Shown piece after piece: positions 58,237 to 64,000 of a stretch of DNA of 64,000 bases. Source of the DNA: Patescibacteria group bacterium. GTDB taxonomy: Bacteria; Patescibacteriota; UBA1384; 2-12-FULL-50-11. The position numbers were made by a program, and so were the translations under genes. The stretch is taken from contig BOKZ01000001.1 in NCBI GenBank assembly GCA_016861245.1, forward strand, positions 280,962 through 344,961, read 5' to 3'. Under the pieces are notes generated by a model. It saw nothing but the letters and a program-made list of their open reading frames with translations. It searched no databases and had not been told where the DNA came from. Every line of letters starts with the position of its first letter. Position 1 is the stretch's first letter.

Positions 58237-59943
58237 ATGAATATCCGTAATTTTGCGATTATAGCTCATATTGATCACGGCAAGTCGACACTTGCCGATC
58301 GCCTGTTGGAAAAAACCGGTTCGGTTAAAACCGGCAGCGGTAATCAGCTACTAGACACGATGGATCTCGAGAAGGAAAAAGGGATCACTATTAAGCTCAA
58401 CCCAGCCAGGATGTCGTATCGATACGACGGTCAGGAGTACCAACTAAATCTTATTGACACGCCCGGTCACGTTGACTTTGGATACGAAGTCTCGCGCTCG
58501 CTCGCTGCTGTCGAAGGAGTACTATTGTTGGTTGATGCCAGCCAGGGCATCCAAGCGCAAACGCTGACCAACCTCTACCAAGCACAAAAACTAAATCTGC
58601 GGGTGATTCCTGTGATTAATAAGATTGACTTGCCGACTGCACAACCAGAAGAAGCAGCTGAGGAGGTAATGAACTTATTAAACTGTCCGTACGAAGATAT
58701 CTGTTTTGTTTCTGGTAAAACGGGCGAGGGTGTCGATGAGTTACTTGAAAAAATTGTAACGGACATCCCGGCACCAAAAGTTACGGGGGAAGACGAGTTG
58801 CAAGCTCTAGTATTCGACTCGTTCTTTGATTCATTTTTGGGCGTTGTCGCGTACGTTAAAATCGTTAGCGGCTCGATTTCCAAGCAAGAAAAATTACAAA
58901 TGAAAGCAACTGAAGCGCAGTTCGAAACGCTCCAAGTCGGTTATTTACAGCTCAAGCGCTACACGCTCGATCAGCTAAGCGAGGGCGAGATCGGTTACGT
59001 AGCAACCGGGTTAAAAACAGTTCAAGACTGCCGCGTTGGCGACACAATTGTGGCACATCGTAGTACGGTGGCGTTACCAGGCTATCAAACGCCGAAGCCG
59101 ATGATTTACGCTTCTTTCTATCCAGAACCGGGCGAGGAGCGGCTACTTGGTAACGCACTAGAAAAACTCAAGCTTAACGACGCCTCGCTCGACTACGAAC
59201 CAGTCAACTCGAAGGCACTCGGCCCGGGCTACAATATTGGCTTTCTAGGTTTGTTACATATGGAAATTATTAAGGAACGCTTAGCTCGGGAGTTCGATGT
59301 ATCTGTTTTAGTTACGACGCCAACGGTTGCTTATATTCTTGAACCAAACGCTCAGCAAGAGCCGTGGGTCGATTTAGAAATCGTTTGCCCACAGCGGTAT
59401 TACGGTACGGTCAGCGAACTAACCTCTCAATATCGAACAGAATTTCAAAATGTTGAGTATATCGGTGATCGCGTTATTTGCCGTTATCAGGCACCGCTCG
59501 CTGAAGTAATTGTTGAGTTTTACGATCGGCTTAAATCGGTGACCGCCGGCTACGCCTCAATGGATTACAAATTAATCGGTTATCGCGAAGCAGACTTAGT
59601 TGCGGTCGACTTGGTTATCGCCGACGAGCGCGTAGATGCATTCACGCAGTACATGGTCCGTTCTAAGGCCGAGCGGTACGGACGAGCAATGGTGAAAAAA
59701 CTAAAAGAGTTAATACCACGTCAGAACTTTGAAGTATCGCTGCAAGCGGCGATCGGCGGCAAAATTATCGCCCGAGAAACTATCTCTGCCTTTCGCAAAG
59801 ACGTTACTGCTAAGTTGTACGGCGGCGACGTTACCCGCAAAAACAAACTGCTAGAAAAACAGAAAAAAGGTAAGAAAAAAATGCGCAATCTGGGTCGCGT
59901 CGAAATCCCAAATAAGGTTTTCATTGATCTACTGAAACAGTAA
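58237..59943 (+). CDS. lepA: Elongation factor 4 (LepA).
   Basis: NIRNFAIIAHIDHGKSTL G-domain, the LepA C-terminal domain, and a terminator at 59944-59975. Confidence 0.92.
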   Translation: MNIRNFAIIAHIDHGKSTLADRLLEKTGSVKTGSGNQLLDTMDLEKEKGITIKLNPARMSYRYDGQEYQLNLIDTPGHVDFGYEVSRSLAAVEGVLLLVDASQGIQAQTLTNLYQAQKLNLRVIPVINKIDLPTAQPEEAAEEVMNLLNCPYEDICFVSGKTGEGVDELLEKIVTDIPAPKVTGEDELQALVFDSFFDSFLGVVAYVKIVSGSISKQEKLQMKATEAQFETLQVGYLQLKRYTLDQLSEGEIGYVATGLKTVQDCRVGDTIVAHRSTVALPGYQTPKPMIYASFYPEPGEERLLGNALEKLKLNDASLDYEPVNSKALGPGYNIGFLGLLHMEIIKERLAREFDVSVLVTTPTVAYILEPNAQQEPWVDLEIVCPQRYYGTVSELTSQYRTEFQNVEYIGDRVICRYQAPLAEVIVEFYDRLKSVTAGYASMDYKLIGYREADLVAVDLVIADERVDAFTQYMVRSKAERYGRAMVKKLKELIPRQNFEVSLQAAIGGKIIARETISAFRKDVTAKLYGGDVTRKNKLLEKQKKGKKKMRNLGRVEIPNKVFIDLLKQ

Positions 59944-59978
59944 TAAAAAAACCGGGCCGAAGCCCGGGTGTTGTCTGA

Positions 59979-61001
59979 TTACAGACGGAAAAGTGTGTTC
60001 TCATCGCCAGTGACGTTTTCGACCATGTCCTTGAAAGGGACGCCGAAACTCTTGCCGATCACGATTGTTGACGTGCGTGCACCGTGCGAGAAGAAGCGAA
60101 CGCCTCGCAGGTCGGGAATGATGTCGCTGTTGGTGACAGCTGTTGCTGTTAACAGCATTTCGTTCGATCGAACGAAATCGCGGATACCGTATACTTCTGA
60201 GCGTTTGAAGTCGCATTCCAGCAGTCGCTCTTCCAGCCGTTCTGGCTTTTTCGAGAGATCCTTTTCATCGAGCTCAGCGTCGTACGGAACCATTGCTTGG
60301 AAACCGCCGTTCAACGCTTCGGCGCCGATGGCGGTAATTCCACCTTCCGGTGCGCCACCGATTCCCCAGAGCATGTGAAGGTTGCTCTCGCCCATCATTA
60401 CCGCTAGTGCTAGCAGGATATCGCCGTCCTGGACTCGCTTCAGCCGAAATCCAGCGTCTTTGAGCGACTGCATGTCCTTCTCATGGCGTGGTCGGTCGAG
60501 AATACCGATAGTGATCTCTTTCGGCTCTCGGTTGAGCGTTTCGGCGACGACCCGAGCGTTTCTTAACGCGCCGAAGGTGATATTAACGTGTTGCTTCGAG
60601 TCGCGGCCAGTGACCAGCTTCTTCAAGTACCAATCGGGTATCGGACGTTGGCCTCCTTCGGGGGTTGCGGCGAGAATCGAGACCGCGTTTGGTAGAGCGT
60701 TCGCGCAGAGGTTCGTGCCCTCCAGCGGATCAATGCTGATATCAACGACCGGCAAGCGTGCGTCTTGCGCACCTTCGCCTAGTCGTTGGCCGTGGTACAG
60801 TAGCGGCGCCTTGTCGCGCTCGCCTTCCCCACAGACGATATTGAAGCAGCAAGGCAGGCTGTTGAATTCCCGCTCCATAGCTTCGACAGCCATTTTGTCT
60901 GCGCCTTTCCGGTCGTTGTAGCCCATCATATGAGCAGATGCAATCGCGCCGGCGCGCGTTACGTTCATGAGGGGTCGGTAATACCGATCGATGAATTGCA
61001 T
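59979..61001 (-). CDS. glpX: Fructose-1,6-bisphosphatase class II (GlpX).
   Basis: DISIDPLEGT metal-binding motif; about 340 aa. Confidence 0.85.
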   Translation of the reverse strand: MQFIDRYYRPLMNVTRAGAIASAHMMGYNDRKGADKMAVEAMEREFNSLPCCFNIVCGEGERDKAPLLYHGQRLGEGAQDARLPVVDISIDPLEGTNLCANALPNAVSILAATPEGGQRPIPDWYLKKLVTGRDSKQHVNITFGALRNARVVAETLNREPKEITIGILDRPRHEKDMQSLKDAGFRLKRVQDGDILLALAVMMGESNLHMLWGIGGAPEGGITAIGAEALNGGFQAMVPYDAELDEKDLSKKPERLEERLLECDFKRSEVYGIRDFVRSNEMLLTATAVTNSDIIPDLRGVRFFSHGARTSTIVIGKSFGVPFKDMVENVTGDENTLFRL

Positions 61002-61097
61002 AGTTTCCTCCGTGATGTCGTGATGTGAAAGATCAGACGTTGCAATATTTTACCGGAAAATAGGTAAAAAAAGAACCCTCCGAAGAGGGGTTTTGCG

Positions 61098-61718
61098 CTA
61101 CCAATCCAGTTTCTTGACCGGATCAACGTAGGTGCGGGCGTAGCGACGATCTGGGAATGCGTCGTCTGGAAACGGAATCGACTTAGTCTCGCACCAGAAT
61201 TCTAGAATGCCGCGATTGATTCGCTGCTTGATCGGTTCGCGTTGGTCGTATTCAACGCGACCACCTTTTTTGGCGACTACTGCCTGAATCGCTTCGACGA
61301 TACGTTGGACACTAAACGTTAACTTGTATGGAATTGTCACAGTAGCGACGAAGTTTCGCTCGAGCGCCTTATCGAAGATTACTCGATTCTCATCTCCAAG
61401 CGCAGCGGCCACGGCGGCTGGATCACCTTCAAGCTCAGAGTATCCGAGTAAGATTCGGTACGTGTGACCGTCGATGACGATCTCAACATAGCGAACACTT
61501 TCTCCTACCTCGTCCATCAAACGGTTCCGAGCATCGCGCAATTCTTCCTCGGCCTTAAGGAACTTGTCACGCTTTTTGAGAAAACGACGTGTCTTCCAGT
61601 TGAGACGTTTCTGGTCTCTTTTGGAGTTGTACGAAGGGTGATCTTCGCCGCGCTCGACCCAGAGTGTTATCGGAAAGAGCGAGAGGACGAAACTAAAATA
61701 TCGACTTGCATTTGCCAC
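61098..61718 (-). CDS. Hypothetical protein.
   Basis: ORF with a bidirectional terminator at 61071-61092. Confidence 0.4.
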   Translation of the reverse strand: MANASRYFSFVLSLFPITLWVERGEDHPSYNSKRDQKRLNWKTRRFLKKRDKFLKAEEELRDARNRLMDEVGESVRYVEIVIDGHTYRILLGYSELEGDPAAVAAALGDENRVIFDKALERNFVATVTIPYKLTFSVQRIVEAIQAVVAKKGGRVEYDQREPIKQRINRGILEFWCETKSIPFPDDAFPDRRYARTYVDPVKKLDW

Positions 61719-61745
61719 TGTTGCTTCTCCTGGTTGTAAGTTGCG

Positions 61746-62114
61746 TTATTCCGCGTGTGCTTCGGCGTGAGCCGAGCTACCGCCGGCGCTAGCGCTAGCG
61801 GACGCTGATGCGGAAGCATCGTTGGAATACTCATAGTAGTAAGTAGTGGTATACGTTGTATACGTTCGAGTGGTTATTGGGGTGCTCTTCCTTTTTGGAG
61901 TTTCAGCAAAACCTTTGTCGGTAGTGCTGGTAGTAATAGTAGGCGCTGGTTGTGTCGGCGGCTCTTTCTTTTGTTCGGTTGTTTGGGGGGTATTTGGTTC
62001 GTTATTAGCTTTCTGTTCTTGTTTTGGTTGGCGTAGCGCAAGAAAGGCCCAGACAGTACCGACCATAAATACGATGAAAATCCCGATCAAAATTATTTTT
62101 AGTAAACGTGACAT
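61746..62114 (-). CDS. Membrane-anchored low-complexity (Thr/Tyr/Ala-Ser-rich) protein.
   Basis: N-terminal TM; TYTTYTTTYYYEY and ASASASAS tracts. Confidence 0.35.
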   Translation of the reverse strand: MSRLLKIILIGIFIVFMVGTVWAFLALRQPKQEQKANNEPNTPQTTEQKKEPPTQPAPTITTSTTDKGFAETPKRKSTPITTRTYTTYTTTYYYEYSNDASASASASASAGGSSAHAEAHAE

Positions 62115-62148
62115 TCTATCGGCAGTATACTTGTTTTATAGAGAAAAT

Positions 62149-62982
62149 CTAGTCAGAAATAACAAATTTTCCTGCTTGTTCGCTTAAAAAGCCCTCAACT
62201 ATTAGTTGTGATAATGCTGTAGAAAGTTGATTTTCTCTAAACGGTAAAAGCTGTAATAGGCGTTCTAATGTAATCGGACTATTGTCCAATACGGCTCTCA
62301 GCACTGCGGCGCGGATTTGCCTGAATGATCCTTCGAATTTTGATTGACGGACGTAATGCAAGCTACGATTATTGGTGATAATTTTCAGTCGGCCGAGCAT
62401 CGCGCCGTAGTCAACCATAGCCCAATACCACTCGCGGATAGATCGCTCGTTTTTTAGTAGTATCTTTATCTTTTTGGCGATCTCGGTATCACTAACCACT
62501 TCCTGATTTTTAAAATAAAAGTAAGTAATAGTCTTTCGGATATTGGTTTCAATGAATACTACTTTCTGGTTAAAAGCATATGCTAAGACTGCCCCCGCAG
62601 TATTAGCACCAACGCCTGGTAGTTTAGTGAGATCAGTTAATTTGCTCGGAACAACACCATTAAACTCCGACGCAATCTGTTCGGCGGCGCGCTTGAGGAA
62701 AAGCGCTCGTCGATTATAACCGAGCCCCTGCCAGAGCTGTAACAACTCGGTTTGTGAACAAGTAGCTAGTGACAACACGCTTGGGAATTTGCGAATGAAT
62801 CGACGGTAGTAGTCGACAACTCTACTCGTCTGAGTTTGCTGCAGCATAATTTCGGAGACGAGAATGTAGTACGGATTAGTTGTTTCGCGCCACGGAAAGT
62901 CCCGCTTATGCGTTTTGTAGTACTCCCAAATTTGCTGATTAACTTGTGACGCAGTCGCAACCTTTGGCGCGGAGGATTTCAT
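62149..62982 (-). CDS. HhH-GPD DNA glycosylase, MutY/Nth-like N-domain without an Fe-S cluster loop.
   Basis: WQGLGYNRRA and LPGVGANTAGAVLAYAF motifs; no C-terminal Cys4 cluster. Start placed at MKSSAPKV. Confidence 0.6.
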   Translation of the reverse strand: MKSSAPKVATASQVNQQIWEYYKTHKRDFPWRETTNPYYILVSEIMLQQTQTSRVVDYYRRFIRKFPSVLSLATCSQTELLQLWQGLGYNRRALFLKRAAEQIASEFNGVVPSKLTDLTKLPGVGANTAGAVLAYAFNQKVVFIETNIRKTITYFYFKNQEVVSDTEIAKKIKILLKNERSIREWYWAMVDYGAMLGRLKIITNNRSLHYVRQSKFEGSFRQIRAAVLRAVLDNSPITLERLLQLLPFRENQLSTALSQLIVEGFLSEQAGKFVISD

Positions 62983-63271
62983 ATTGTCGCTCGATTGTAT
63001 CAACAAATACTGACTGCACAGAATCACCAGTTGCAAGGTCCTGTGAAAGCGAACTACGATGGCTGTAACCTCGCCGATTCATCTCTGCAACAAGCGCTTC
63101 GTGCCGGCGATAGAGAGCGTGGAGTTTTCCGGCCCATCGGAGTGTCTCAGGGTGTTTGGCGTAGCCGGACTTTTCGTTAACTAGAACCGACCAAATAGCG
63201 TGCAGCTCACGATGTTCGCCAAGTAAATGCTTACGACAGAGCCGATTTGGCTCAAGATCCCAAATTCGCAT
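62939..63271 (-). CDS. Pyrimidine-dimer DNA glycosylase family (T4 endoV-like, Pyr_excise).
   Basis: MRIWDLEP...LLGEHRELH N-terminal signature. Confidence 0.6.
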   Translation of the reverse strand: MRIWDLEPNRLCRKHLLGEHRELHAIWSVLVNEKSGYAKHPETLRWAGKLHALYRRHEALVAEMNRRGYSHRSSLSQDLATGDSVQSVFVDTIERQYEILRAKGCDCVTS

Positions 63272-63510
63272 TACAATAGCCCACTCAAAAAACCAAGAAT
63301 TGTGATAGTTGCCCAAATGGCGTTTAGAACTACTGGCTGGAAATCTTTCTTGGTATATGATTCATAAATCAAGAATAACGAACCAAAAATGTTTAGCAAA
63401 ATATAAACTATGGATTTCGGTTCGACGACCTGAAACATGACCAACGCAAACGCGCCGACGATCATAACCACTCCGATCCAACCGATCAGCTCAATGTTTC
63501 TGCTCTTCAT
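63271..63510 (-). CDS. Small membrane protein (2 TM).
   Basis: Hydrophobicity only. Confidence 0.35.
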   Translation of the reverse strand: MKSRNIELIGWIGVVMIVGAFALVMFQVVEPKSIVYILLNIFGSLFLIYESYTKKDFQPVVLNAIWATITILGFLSGLL

Positions 63511-63757
63511 TTTTCCCCCATTGCCACTTCGGTTTCTCGCCAGTTAGGTACGTGATAATAAGTAGCGCAATAGTTAAAACGGCGATCGGAATAAGTAAGT
63601 TATCGGTCACGTATCCGGCAGTGTTGTTCGTTTGGTCGGCTTTTAAAACAATACTAGCTACTCCCCCGAAGTAGACTCCGATAATCGCCCAGCCTTGCCA
63701 CGTTGCCGGTGTCCAGCCCCAGCCGTAGGTTTTGCGCACAAACCAATACTTTTTCAT
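63491..63757 (-). CDS. Small membrane protein (2 TM).
   Basis: Hydrophobicity only; its start codon lies inside the tRNA-Gly 3'-end repeat copy. Confidence 0.35.
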   Translation of the reverse strand: MKKYWFVRKTYGWGWTPATWQGWAIIGVYFGGVASIVLKADQTNNTAGYVTDNLLIPIAVLTIALLIITYLTGEKPKWQWGKNEEQKH

Positions 63758-63775
63758 TGAGCGGGAGACGGGAAT
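63755..63775. repeat. 21-nt direct repeat of the tRNA-Gly 3' end (second copy at 63814-63834).
   Basis: cattgagcgggagacgggaat occurs twice, 59 bp apart. Confidence 0.7.
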
Positions 63776-63818
63776 TCGAGCTAGCGCTCGGTTCCCTCTT
63801 TTGTAGTAATAATCATTG

Positions 63819-63889
63819 AGCGGGAGACGGGAATCGAACCCGCGTCACCTGCTTGGAAGGCAGGAGTTCTACCATTGAACCACTCCCGC
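63819..63889 (-). tRNA. tRNA-Gly(UCC).
   Basis: Acceptor GCGGGAG/CTCCCGC, anticodon loop CTTCCAA, T-loop TTCGATT. Confidence 0.8.
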
Positions 63890-64000
63890 GGTTCCCTGTA
63901 ATTTTACCAAAATAACCGATAATTGTTAGGCTTTACGGGCGATATCCAGCACGGTTTTGAGCGCTACAATCATCGCAGCCGGAGCCACGAATTGGCTGAT

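Overview
This 64 kb window looks like a small-genome bacterium, plausibly Patescibacteria/CPR-like (an inference from gene content and short surface or hypothetical proteins). Baseline GC is about 46-48%. The core housekeeping genes are largely syntenic: PEP synthase (5' partial), msrB, tag, dnaG-rpoD, lysS, rmuC, ddl, an L,D-transpeptidase, ftsH-lepB, murJ, lepA, glpX, a beta-CASP RNase, and a Trx-CcdA-VKOR disulfide module. Several accessory features interrupt this backbone.

1. A ~4.7 kb integrated element at a tRNA-Met (about 45437-50181). It carries a large serine recombinase whose 3' end overlaps the tRNA, a terminase-small-subunit-like gene and a cytoplasmic trypsin-like protease. It is bounded by three copies of a 17-nt tRNA 3'-end repeat.
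2. A tRNA-Asn(GUU) gene split in the anticodon loop by a ~517-nt intron encoding an HNH endonuclease.
3. A divergent gene pair: an SF2 helicase fused to seven tandem excisionase-type HTH repeats, and an extended sigma-70 factor. A palindrome lies between them, and the pair sits directly 3' of the intron-containing tRNA.
4. At least five discrete GC-rich patches (about 57-60% GC), each a complete gene unit with SD and terminator. One of them holds a tyrosine-integrase C-terminal fragment.
5. Partial tRNA duplications next to four other tRNAs (3'-end copies by tRNA-Ser and tRNA-Gly; 5'-half copies by tRNA-Ile and a second tRNA-Met).
6. A LOG-family gene with no canonical start codon (probable AUU start behind a perfect SD).
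7. An adjacent dockerin-like and cohesin-like surface-protein pair.
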